From: Eledone cirrhosa
Lineage: Eukaryota
Direction: 5' to 3'
Assembly: GCA_964016885.1 (NCBI GenBank)
Contig: OZ024743.1
Coordinates: 28,334,001 to 28,398,000 of the forward strand
DNA: 64,000 bases
Shown here: one piece after another, positions 13,945-24,180 of the stretch
Numbering within the stretch: the stretch's first letter is position 1
Layout of the letters: the number at the start of each line of letters is the position of its first letter
Notes under the pieces: model-generated
The model's database searches: none
What the model was told of the DNA's origin: nothing
What the model saw: the letters and a program-made list of their open reading frames with translations, nothing else
Translations under genes and position numbers: made by a program

Positions 13945-15170
13945 GTTCGTTAATTTGCAGTTCATCTAGCATTCGATAATCTATCTTAGATTTTACGAGC
14001 ATCCTATACAAAGAGAATTTTATCTTTCCTCTGGCTTATACCATAAAATAAAGTTAAGCACTATTTATAGTGAAGGGAGCAATTTAATGATCTGAAGTAA
14101 GCCACTATCCATGCGATCCAAACAAAATTAGGTTACTTTCAAGAAAATCATTGAAGTTCTTGAAAAATATACAGATTCAAAATATAAAAGTGTCCTTATA
14201 AAATATCAGACTATAAACTACCTAATTTCATAAAACATACTTAGAATAATATTTTCGAATATAAAGTGAAGGACGGAATAAAAAGAATGAAAGGGACTTC
14301 TGTCAGATTCGATGTTAAGTTTCATATTAACGAAACATTTCTATTCAAATTAAGGTGTAAGTGGCTGGCCCGTACATAGCTTAAATATAATTCTTAAGTA
14401 GAATCCGTCTGACATAGTGTGTGACAAGGTTTGTGATTTGAATGAAAGATACAGTCCATCCAACAGACTTCAAAACAGATTCTGTGTCAACTCTATATGA
14501 CTCAAAAGCATTCGATCGACCTAATGACCTTTGTCTAAAATGCTACACCGTGGGATCGAAATCGAGAGTTTAGGATTGCGAAGCAAATGTTTTAACCATT
14601 CGCCAAACCTGCGCCCTCGAATAAAAAGAAAACAATTATAAGTAACTTATCCCTTGAGAAATAATAATATTATAATGATACAGCAGAGAAATAACAAATT
14701 ACTGAATGTGAATTAAATTTAAGTATCTAAATTTAACGGAATCCACTAAGGTTTTGTAATTATAATTCTATGCAATTATATTGTAAATATGATAATTTTA
14801 CACGCAATATTATTTGCAGTCTTTTTTTTAAAAAAAAAAGAATGAAGACGTGCTCATAAAACAGGTTAGTTTAGAAACTTTGTCAAATCATCAAATAAAT
14901 ATTTAATTATTTTCAAAAACTCTTTGTCAAATACTCAAACAAAAAATTAATTCAGCTCCACTTTAAATAGTTTCTAGAAAAAGTATTGATAATAGTGCAA
15001 CGTTCTATATACCCACGTTGTCTTTCAAAATTCTAAATATCCGGCTAAACGAGAGAGAAAAATCAGACATAAAATATTACATGAATTATTAACGAAAATA
15101 TTCATATGAAGTATAACGTATAAAAAGACGGGAATATCACTGAATGTTGATCTCCGTCATAACTCACACA

Positions 15171-15221
<51 letters not shown>

Positions 15222-15454
15222 ATCAATCTAGCTGTCGTCTGTTCTACAGTGTGGATGTCATTCACTTCGCACAGAAGTTTTGTTCAAATTTATTGAGGAA
15301 ATTTTGTAAGTTCAAACTTAATTTTGATACAATTGTGTAGCTTGACCCTCCGTCTGAACTGTCAGGCGGTGGGTCAGCTCATCTTTACCCCTCCTAGAGG
15401 TGAAAAACCTGTTTTAAAAAATTTTGTGTAAAAAATTTCAATCGTCTAACAGAA

Positions 15455-17356
15455 ATGTTAAACGCAGCGAACGAAAATAGTGGTGGGGGGACAGCGGTAA
15501 GAGTTGTAAGCTCGCACGCTTTAGTCCTCCCTTCCTTCCCAACTAACGTCATAGAGAAGGAAGCAAAAATTAAAATAAAAACGGACGAATCTGCGGAGAA
15601 AAAATTAAATGACGTAAACACAAATCTGGACTTGGATTCCAACAACGAAAAAAAAAAATTTGAAAAATTGCATGACAATACTAATAACACAAACAAAGAC
15701 ACAACAAACAAAAAAATAACAGTTGAAAATAACACCATATCAGAAAACAAAGCAGACGACAAGATTTCATTTGCACAGAAAACAAAGAAATCTTTGACTT
15801 ATATAGCGGAAAACATTTCAGATGTGGTACGAAGGATCACGGACGCCAAACAATACATAAGTGAAGGAGAGAATGGCATTTTATCGGTAAAAATGCCTCA
15901 AGAATTCACGAAAGACATTGAAAGCCGAACGGTCAAGTTTCGGACCATCAACAACAGTACAAAAAAACCTGAACAGCCTTCTCAAGCAGATATCAAAACA
16001 GTACTCACAGAAGTACTGAATGAAACAACTTTCATAAGAAAAGACAGACTGTATGGAAGTCTAGCAATTATCATGAAGAACGAATCGGCGGCAAAAAAAT
16101 GTGCTTTGTCACCGATTCGTTCGAAAAATTTCACCTTTTATCCATCTTATATGGGGAAAAGAACTCAGCGCATATGGCTGGATGCAATGATGCCAGATGT
16201 GGACTACTGCTGGCTCATAGCTGGCTTCATCGATCCAGTGAATGACAACGTGATTTCCATTGGGAAAACCACAGGCAATGCGTTCAGTGGAACAGGTATA
16301 GAACTGGTAGTGCAAATGAAGCCTGAACGCATCGCCCAAATACCCGACAGAATCCTATTAGAGGACCACGGGTATATAAACATTAGCGTGGAGGGGAGAA
16401 GGCCGTCCTGCCATATCTGTGCAGGCAGAGGGCACCTGAAGGCCGCTTGTCCCCAACTCAACAAAAAGAAAACCCTGCTACCAACACCAGCTCCACCACC
16501 ACCACCACAACAGATAAACAAACAACAAAACTCAGTCCCACCCAACCCGTCCCTCAGTAAAACCACAACACCACCACAACACAAACAGTCACAACACATT
16601 ACCCCAAAACAAAATACAGGCCCACCCAACCTCTCACTCAATAAAACAACACAACCACCGCAGACACAACACACAACACAGTCTAACATAGTGACATCCA
16701 TCTCCCCCACAAAGAAAACCAACACGGAAACATTACCAGCAAACATACCTCTTCCCTCCAACACTGAAGATAACCCAACGAATTCGGAGGAAGAAACGGA
16801 GTCCTTCAGACAGATTAAAAGGAAAAAAAGAAAACATGTGCAAAACACACAAGGACAAACAACCCCCACCCAAATCTCAACACAATCCAACAAAACAGAA
16901 AACACCCCTCCAGCAACAAACAAAACCAAACCTGCCCCTCCCCTCTTCGAAACACTCACACCATCGGAAAAAAAGACATTACACTATACTTACATCAACA
17001 GGAACAATAATAAATTAAATGAACTCATATACAATAATCCTTCGGTACAAACCGAAGGTGTAAACTTTGTTTCGTCAGAAAACTACCCACATTTAAAACT
17101 AATAAAGATCCCAATGAACCTCTACCAAAAACTAAAAAAGGATTTTAAGGAGGACGTAGGACCACCCTCTGTCAAACCCATAAACCGCGTCCTACTAAAA
17201 AGCTTTCCTCCTCCCCTTCCCCTCCCCAACACAACTCCAAACACCCCAACCCCACCACACACTGACGACCCCACACCACCACAAGACACCCCTTCACCCA
17301 ACACCCCCGACCCCATGGAAGTCGTGCAACCCGAACCCCGGGAAGCGGAAAGGTAG
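15455..17356 (+). CDS. LINE ORF1 protein (gag-like nucleic-acid-binding protein, one CCHC zinc knuckle, Pro/Thr/Gln-rich C-terminal half)
   Basis: 633-aa ORF with CHICAGRGHLKAAC (CX2CX4HX4C), directly upstream of ORF2; homologous to the broken ORF1 at 61118-63228. Confidence 0.9.
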   Translation: MLNAANENSGGGTAVRVVSSHALVLPSFPTNVIEKEAKIKIKTDESAEKKLNDVNTNLDLDSNNEKKKFEKLHDNTNNTNKDTTNKKITVENNTISENKADDKISFAQKTKKSLTYIAENISDVVRRITDAKQYISEGENGILSVKMPQEFTKDIESRTVKFRTINNSTKKPEQPSQADIKTVLTEVLNETTFIRKDRLYGSLAIIMKNESAAKKCALSPIRSKNFTFYPSYMGKRTQRIWLDAMMPDVDYCWLIAGFIDPVNDNVISIGKTTGNAFSGTGIELVVQMKPERIAQIPDRILLEDHGYINISVEGRRPSCHICAGRGHLKAACPQLNKKKTLLPTPAPPPPPQQINKQQNSVPPNPSLSKTTTPPQHKQSQHITPKQNTGPPNLSLNKTTQPPQTQHTTQSNIVTSISPTKKTNTETLPANIPLPSNTEDNPTNSEEETESFRQIKRKKRKHVQNTQGQTTPTQISTQSNKTENTPPATNKTKPAPPLFETLTPSEKKTLHYTYINRNNNKLNELIYNNPSVQTEGVNFVSSENYPHLKLIKIPMNLYQKLKKDFKEDVGPPSVKPINRVLLKSFPPPLPLPNTTPNTPTPPHTDDPTPPQDTPSPNTPDPMEVVQPEPREAER

Positions 17357-17389
17357 GTCTCTACACTCTCCTTTGGCTCTGCCGCCCAC

Positions 17390-20300
17390 ATGGATGTGTT
17401 AAGAGTAGGATGTTTGAATGCACGTGGCCTGGGCTCAACTTGGAAGCAAGCAAAGCTTCTAAATGACCTCAGGTCATGTAGTATAAATGTAATGGTTATC
17501 TGTGAGACTCGAATCAGCGTCGTACGGCAGCTGGCCCCCACCTTCGATGACTTTGAGGTGCATGCATCTCTCTGTCAACCTGGAGGTGGGGGTGGGGTTG
17601 TCGTACTGCTGCAAAAACACCTGGGTCTTGCCGTACAGGTTGTGCACTCTGACCCGGAGGGTCGTTTGTTGGTGCTAGACGTTGGCAGTAGTGAAAATGC
17701 GGCCTTGAGACTGGTCGCCGTCTACTCCCCTTTCGGAGCTGAACGGCCCGACTTCTTCCAGCGTTTGGAGACTTTTCTGGGAACGTCGCGTTCCCTGCTT
17801 CTAGCGGGGGATTGGAATGACATCCTGGATGCACGTTGGGACTATGCAGGAGCATGTCCTAATAGAGGGGGGTGTAACAGCCTCAAGGGGTTACTCGACC
17901 GTTTTAACTTGGTCGATAGATATCGACTAGATTTTCCAACTGTGCCTACCTGGACTTGGAGAAACCACAGTGGTCAATCTAGATCGTACTTAGATAGATT
18001 CTTAGTTAGAAGTAAGGATAGGGACATATTAAGCTGTCCAGAAATGCGCACGGTTGGCTACACGGATCACAAATTAGTGACCTGCGTGGTCAATCTCGAG
18101 AAAACACATAGACAGGGTCCCGGTTACTGGAAACTTAATTTGTCCTTACCGGCAAAAGAGACTTACAGAAACCGGATTAGCAGATTAGTTAAGGAGAGGT
18201 TGACGGGTGCAATCGTCAACAACCGATGGTGGGCATCTCTCAAAAGAGAGATTAGAACAGAATCAATAAGTTATAGCAAGATGTTAGCTGCCGATAGGAA
18301 TAGAAACGAGAAAGAATTAACAGGTAAATTAGAAGAGGCAATCAAGAGCGAAGATGTGGCCAGAGTGCTGGCATCGAGGACGGCCTTGAACCAGTTTTTC
18401 GATGCAAAGCACGAAGGCTGCGCCATTCGAAGTAAAATACGTGCTCTAAGTAATGAGGGGGCCAAAGCCATTGGATGGGCCCGCGTGACAGAAGCTAAGA
18501 GTGGAAATCGATCCACCATCCGGTCGTTGCAAGACGAAGATGGACGGGTGATCCGGGAGCCTAAGCAGATGTGCGAGGCCTTTCAAAGGCACTTTGCCCG
18601 ATTGTTCGGGGGAGGCGAGGGTCCGGGCTGGGGCGTGGATTTCGGTCCATACCTCGACGGCCTGCTGCGTCTCTCGAGCGAAGAGGCAGAGTCCTGCGAG
18701 GGACCAATCTCGGCTGATGAGATCGGAGATGCGCTGAGCCAATGCAGCAGACGCAAATCTCCAGGTCTCGATGGTATACCTTACGAACTTTATTTAGCAA
18801 TGCCGGTCTTCTTCTCCGAACTCCTCGAAGCGGTCTACTGTAATTGGCAGCAGAACGGGAGAATTCCTTGTTCTGTAGCCAAGGGCGTAGTCACGCTGGT
18901 GAGGAAGGACGAGAACAAGGGGGATAGTATAAATAATTTTCGGCCCATAACCCTGCTAAACACAGAGTTAAAGATTTTGGCCAAGGTGTTAGCAAAGAGG
19001 TTGGCGCTTGTCGTGGGTGGCCTGGTGGGAGATGCGCAGACATGTGCTATCCCATCCAGGTCCATTCACGATAACCTCCACCTCATGCGATACATCATAG
19101 AGAGGGTTGGCAACAAACCCGGCTTCGGTGGGGCCCTGATCAACTTGGATCAGTCTAAGGCCTTCGATAGGGTCGACCATGGTTACCTGGATGCGGTGCT
19201 AGCGGCGGCTGGGTTCGCTCCTGTTTTCAGAGGCTGGATCACTGCCCTACATAGCAACCACATCTGTTCTAGGATCAAGGTGAACGGCTACCTTTCGAAG
19301 CCGTTCGAAATCACACGATCCATTCGACAGGGGTGCCCTCTCTCCTCCCTTCTGTACGTATTGACTCTCGAGCCTTTACTGAGGAAGTTGGAGTTGTTGC
19401 AGGGTATCCCCCTGGAACCAGGATTGAGCAAAGCGGTGTCGGCCTACGCCGATGACGTAACAGTAATGGTATCAACCGACTCGGAGATCGAGGCGATCGG
19501 TACCTTACTGGAGGAGTACGAAAGGTTGTCAGGAGCGAAACTGAACCGGGAAAAATCCATCGGGCTGCAACTCGGAACGTGGAGAGGCAGACCGATGCCT
19601 CCTGACGGTGTCGTCGGACACTGGACGGAGGGCCCGGTAAAGTTGCTTGGGGTCTGGTTTGGACCGGACCTCCAGGTGGAAAAGAACTGGAACGAGGTTA
19701 CGAACAAGGTGTTTGCACTAACCCAGAAATGGGCCAAGTGTAAGCTGTCCCTAAAAGGCCGGGCGGAGGTGGCGAACATTTACATAGCGTCCGTCACTTA
19801 CTACCGCCTGACTGTCGTGCCTTGCCCTAAGGAAACACTCACCACCATGGAACGCATGCTCTTCCAATTTCTTTGGAAGAAGCGTCCTCCTATGGTGAGA
19901 AGATCCATCTGCTGCCAACAACCTTCGAAAGGAGGGCTGGGGATGCCGTGGTTGCTGATGCGTAGGCACGCATTAAGGCTACGGCACCTACAGGTATTCC
20001 TCACTGGTCAACCGGTGTGGGCTCCGTTCGTGAAACGAGCCTTTCCGAGACTCGTCTCGCTCACCGAGCTACAGTCCTGGGTCAAGCAAAGATCCGGAAA
20101 ACTGGGAGACTGGCACACTGAGTGTGCTCAGGCGCTCAGGGCTCTCTGGCAAGCGGGCCGGGCCATCGGTGGAGAATCCACCTCATCATTCTATAGAGGG
20201 CTGGTGGCTAGCAGGGGCGATGACACCCTTGGAGAGTCGCTGGACATGGAAGAAGACGAACTGGCCAGCCTGTTCGGTAGGACTTTCGGCCCAGGACCAA

Positions 20301-20827
20301 TGGACAACTTCCAGAAGTCACTGGCCTGGCAGTGCTACCGGGGGGCTCTACCCGTTCGAGAGAGGCTCTACAGACACGGGCGCCCGGGCAGGGATCCCTC
20401 AAAAAAGATTTGCCCTAGATGCGTGCGTCACGAAGAAACCGTTGCGCACGCATTGGTGCAATGTCCGGGCGTGGCTGATCTGTGGGGCTACGCCGAACAA
20501 CTGCTGTCGCGGGTGGCGCCGATTAAATTGACAGCCGAGTCCGTGATGACAATCAAACCGCCCCCCCTCTTCACAAAGGAAGCAAAGGCGGTTTTTCTGT
20601 GCGTAATAGCCATGTTGAAAGAGGTTGTTTGGTGGACACGATTGAAAGGTCTGAGGTCAGGCAACTTCCTCTCTGGCCATAGTCTGGTCTACTTCTTCCG
20701 ATATCACTTCGGAAGAAGGATAAGAATGGAGAGAGAGGTGCTTGGCCACAGGCAGTTTTATGAAAGGTGGGTGATAGTGGCGAGAATGGCTCGTGTAAAT
20801 GGGCCTTCTCTGTATACCATCCTGTAG
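17390..20827 (+). CDS. LINE ORF2 protein: APE endonuclease + reverse transcriptase + C-terminal CCHC
   Basis: 1145 aa. APE motifs LNARGL, ICET, AGDWN, SYLDRF, TDHKLV. RT motifs KSPGLDG, FRPITLLN, LDQSKAFDRV, IRQGCPLS, YADD. C-terminal CPRC..ETVAHALVQC. Confidence 0.97.
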   Translation: MDVLRVGCLNARGLGSTWKQAKLLNDLRSCSINVMVICETRISVVRQLAPTFDDFEVHASLCQPGGGGGVVVLLQKHLGLAVQVVHSDPEGRLLVLDVGSSENAALRLVAVYSPFGAERPDFFQRLETFLGTSRSLLLAGDWNDILDARWDYAGACPNRGGCNSLKGLLDRFNLVDRYRLDFPTVPTWTWRNHSGQSRSYLDRFLVRSKDRDILSCPEMRTVGYTDHKLVTCVVNLEKTHRQGPGYWKLNLSLPAKETYRNRISRLVKERLTGAIVNNRWWASLKREIRTESISYSKMLAADRNRNEKELTGKLEEAIKSEDVARVLASRTALNQFFDAKHEGCAIRSKIRALSNEGAKAIGWARVTEAKSGNRSTIRSLQDEDGRVIREPKQMCEAFQRHFARLFGGGEGPGWGVDFGPYLDGLLRLSSEEAESCEGPISADEIGDALSQCSRRKSPGLDGIPYELYLAMPVFFSELLEAVYCNWQQNGRIPCSVAKGVVTLVRKDENKGDSINNFRPITLLNTELKILAKVLAKRLALVVGGLVGDAQTCAIPSRSIHDNLHLMRYIIERVGNKPGFGGALINLDQSKAFDRVDHGYLDAVLAAAGFAPVFRGWITALHSNHICSRIKVNGYLSKPFEITRSIRQGCPLSSLLYVLTLEPLLRKLELLQGIPLEPGLSKAVSAYADDVTVMVSTDSEIEAIGTLLEEYERLSGAKLNREKSIGLQLGTWRGRPMPPDGVVGHWTEGPVKLLGVWFGPDLQVEKNWNEVTNKVFALTQKWAKCKLSLKGRAEVANIYIASVTYYRLTVVPCPKETLTTMERMLFQFLWKKRPPMVRRSICCQQPSKGGLGMPWLLMRRHALRLRHLQVFLTGQPVWAPFVKRAFPRLVSLTELQSWVKQRSGKLGDWHTECAQALRALWQAGRAIGGESTSSFYRGLVASRGDDTLGESLDMEEDELASLFGRTFGPGPMDNFQKSLAWQCYRGALPVRERLYRHGRPGRDPSKKICPRCVRHEETVAHALVQCPGVADLWGYAEQLLSRVAPIKLTAESVMTIKPPPLFTKEAKAVFLCVIAMLKEVVWWTRLKGLRSGNFLSGHSLVYFFRYHFGRRIRMEREVLGHRQFYERWVIVARMARVNGPSLYTIL

Positions 20828-21050
20828 GTAAAGAAGTAAATGAGAGGGGAGCACCTTCTCCATGTGCTCCCCGGGCAAAGGATTGCACACTTTTTCGGGG
20901 GTGTGTGCAACCGCCATCACGTCCCCTCCCTTTTGAGGTTATTTTCGATTATTTTCATGTTACACCCTTTTTACTCGATTATATGTAAACTCCCCCTTTG
21001 TATTTGTCCCTTCTTTTTATGCCTTTATGGTAAATAAAGAAATCTATCTA

Positions 21051-21102
<52 letters not shown>

Positions 21103-21254
21103 CGTGAGGTTTATTTTACAAAATGAAAAATAACCGAGGTGTCCTACACGAGTGAAAGTATAAAGAAAAAAGATGAAATCGAAAATGCAACTGGAGTCTT
21201 TTAAAAAAGATGGATTCATTAAGGAACTGGTTAGATACATTAAAGAACTGGTTA

Positions 21255-22550
21255 GAGCATTACTCACCAGAGTACTTGGTGTAGTAGAGTATGGTTATAT
21301 AAAAGAGTCGGGACTCCGACAGCTGAACTCCTGCTAGTTCCAGAGTCTGGAACTAGCTGTTGAAACAGCAAGAGTTCAGCCGTCCGGGTCCCTACTCTGC
21401 CAGGGAGTAATATATGAAGGAGGCGATGTACGTGTTCACCAACTCTGCCCACACTTTCAGCGATAGCATATTCTTAACTATTATCTCTTGCCAGTTTCTA
21501 TCCACTGGATCCAGTCAGAACCTGAACAACTTAACCGCTCCGTTCATACAGTGCCTCACGATGCAATTGGACATGCCTCTCCAGGTGGCGAGCTGCATAG
21601 TCACCGATTTGTCCAGGGTCATTTGGCTCCTGATAACGTTTCCTACTCCTCTTCTAAAACGTTGCCAACCACCATGATTTTAAAGGTATTCAACACCATC
21701 AGGCTGACATTGTCCGCATAGGCCGATGAAACCCTTTCCCGTCCCGGCTCGTACGGAATGCCCTGCAATAGCTCCATCTTCTCTAGTAGAAGTGGCTCGT
21801 GAGTCAGTCAATAGAGAAAAGATGAAAGAGGACGCCGTTTACGAACTAAGCATGTGATATATGATCTAAAACGGAGACCATTTAATTTGAGCACCGAGGA
21901 CATGCCTCCTTGTATTAAAGTGATCTAGCCTCTGAAACTGAACTTAAACGGATTGCTTTGAGGACAGATTCTACGTATCGATGGTTCACCCTAACGAAAG
22001 GTTTGGGTTAATCGAAATGGATCAGTGCCCTACTTAAACCAACCTCTTTGCTAGAACTTTGGCCAAAATCTTAAACTCTTTGTTGAGCTGAGTTATGGGC
22101 TAGACATTCTTAAATATACCCCCTCCTCATTGTTCACCTCTTTCTCCATCTGCGCAACTACTCATCGACTTACAGAACTGTTAGTTGCAATAGACACCTG
22201 CCAGTGCGTCGACGAACAAGTCTGGCATATCTACGTGAAATTCGAAAGGTATATTATCTAGACCACGTGATCTGTGCCTCGTATAATTGCTTATGGCTTT
22301 TTGAATATAAGTTTGCTGTTATCGTCTTTTTTAGTATTCTACATATTCCGTTGGGGTACATGGCAGGCCGTTGAGCTAGGAAATATAATTCGCCGCTATC
22401 TCCGTCACCCGCTTGTTACAAACAGTTGAGCGAAATATTGCTGGAAAGCCACATTCATCTGCTAGTAATCCAGTAGCACTCAACCATCCTAGTCCGCTAA
22501 ACACTTTGAGGGTGTCTGTAGCTAATTAAAAAGAAAACCATAAGAGAGAC
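21255..22550 (-). mobile_element. Old degenerate Tx1/L1 RT fragment (T4, RT part)
   Basis: Reverse complement matches T1/T3 RT DNA (e.g. gattttggccaaag, aaacctttcgttagggtgaaccatcgatac, tcggcctatgcggacaatgtc = SAYADN). Confidence 0.8.
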
Positions 22551-22559
22551 TTCCCACGT

Positions 22560-23495
22560 GATATTAGGACATAAAAGTTAAAAACAATCAGAAGGATGTA
22601 TAAAGTGTTTCCAAATGGAAATCCAATGAGATATGGAGATCGAATCACATCGGTTTCCAACAGCTCCAAGAGGGTAAGTAGTCACTCTTTCCAGCCAACA
22701 TTGCAATTATAAGAGTAGGGTATGTAGGTGTACGTGGCGTCGACCTGGAAGAAAAATGATTTGCTCAACGATCTCAGGTCACTAGCTATAAATATGACAG
22801 CCATCAGCGAGACAAGAATTTCCGACATGCGCACATTAGCCTCCCCTTTTTACATCTTTGAGATCTACACATCTCTTATTCAGCTGTTATTGGGAGCATG
22901 GTAGTTACGATCTTCCTGGATTTGGACAGTAAATTAATGATCCTAGATATTAATGTTCGCAAAGGTGGTGCTTTCACACTGGTGACTGTCTATACACTGA
23001 CTGGGTCATGACGGGTAGTTGTTTCCACGCATCTGGATGCCTTTCTTGGAATGCCACGCCCTTTACTGTTAGCGGAGACTGGAACAGCATCTTAACGTTC
23101 AAAGGACTGCACGAAAGCAGGGGATAAACGAGAGGATTCAAAAGCCTCAAAACTGACAAGACAGTTTCAACAGTCTGAGCGTTACTGACTAGATATCCCG
23201 AATTCGTGAACATGGAGTATAGCGTCACAGAGATAGGTTTATATTTGTATAACATATAGGGATAGTATATTTTGTCCACAATTACAAATACATACATATT
23301 AAGACTACAACTTATTGATCTGCATGACCAACCAAGATAGAACACATAGACAGAGAGCTGGTTACTGGAACATTAACGCATCGTTCCCAGCACGTAAAGT
23401 CCACAGTGACCGGATTCGCACATTAGTTAAAAGACAGTTGACTGGAGCAATCGTGAATAATAGATGGTGATACACTCTCAAGAAAGCGATTAGTA
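22560..23495 (+). mobile_element. Old degenerate Tx1/L1 ORF1-end and APE fragment (T4, inverted part)
   Basis: ataagagtagggtatgtagg (IRVG), ttgctcaacgatctcaggtca (LLNDLRS), gcggagactggaac (GDWN), ggttactggaac, atcgtgaataatagatggtga (IVNNRW). Confidence 0.8.
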
Positions 23496-23499
23496 TAAG

Positions 23500-24180
23500 T
23501 GCTGATGCAAAAATTCTCCCCCTCCGTTTGTATTCTCACTTTGTGCTATAAAGAACATCAGATTTTCGTTCGCTCGCCGCATTATTACAAAGTTCTGATT
23601 GTGTGTGTGGTTAATTGTTGTCTATTTTGTGTTTGTGTAATTGAATTTGTCTTGTGTAAACTTCATTTGTGTTGTGACATTGTTAGTATCGTTGTCGGTG
23701 GTGGATGTTTTCACAGTTGCAGTGGTGGTGTATTTGGTGATGTTACAGATGTCTATGTGTTTGTCGTGGGTGTGTCTTTCGTGTTGTTTTCCTAACTTTG
23801 TGTAGGATGAGAGAAAATGTGTTTTTTTTTATTTCTTAGTATTTTTATTTCGTGATGGTGTTTCCTCTCCCCTTCATTGTGGCATGATGAGATACCCATG
23901 TCTGAGAAATGTTTTTGAAAGAGTGTTGTGCTGAGAGACGGGCTGGGTGTCTACGTTCATAGTTTTTCTTCGAATGATGATAGTTTTCTTCTATTGTTTC
24001 CTTGCTAGTGTTATTAGTGGTGGTATTGGTGATGCTCCTGCTAGTACTGCTGGTGGTGGTGATGGTGCTGTTGCTGATGGTGGTGGTGCTGCTGCTGGTG
24101 GTGGTGGTGGTGCTCTTTATGTTGTTGGTGTTGGTGCTCGTATGGCGGTTGTTTCTGTGGTTGTTTCTGATAATACTACA
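23500..24180 (-). mobile_element. Probable degenerate ORF1-type low-complexity segment of T4
   Basis: Minus strand is C/A-rich (CAC/CAG/ACA triplets), like the ORF1 Pro/Thr/Gln regions of T1 and T3, and lies next to the T4 pieces. No catalytic motif seen. Confidence 0.4.

Larger units (their letters stand above)
15224..21042 (+). mobile_element. Full-length, apparently intact Tx1/L1-clade non-LTR retrotransposon (copy T1)
   Basis: Two long uninterrupted ORFs. 3' end is AATAAAGAAA (21033-21042). The 15-bp direct repeat TCTATCTATCTATAT at 15209-15223 and 21043-21057 is the TSD, inside a (TCTA)n tract. Confidence 0.95.

Noticed and set aside
15394-20988. Antisense and alternate-frame ORFs overlapping T1 (likewise T2 and T3)
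   Set aside because: Expected by-products of GC-richer coding DNA; no motifs.
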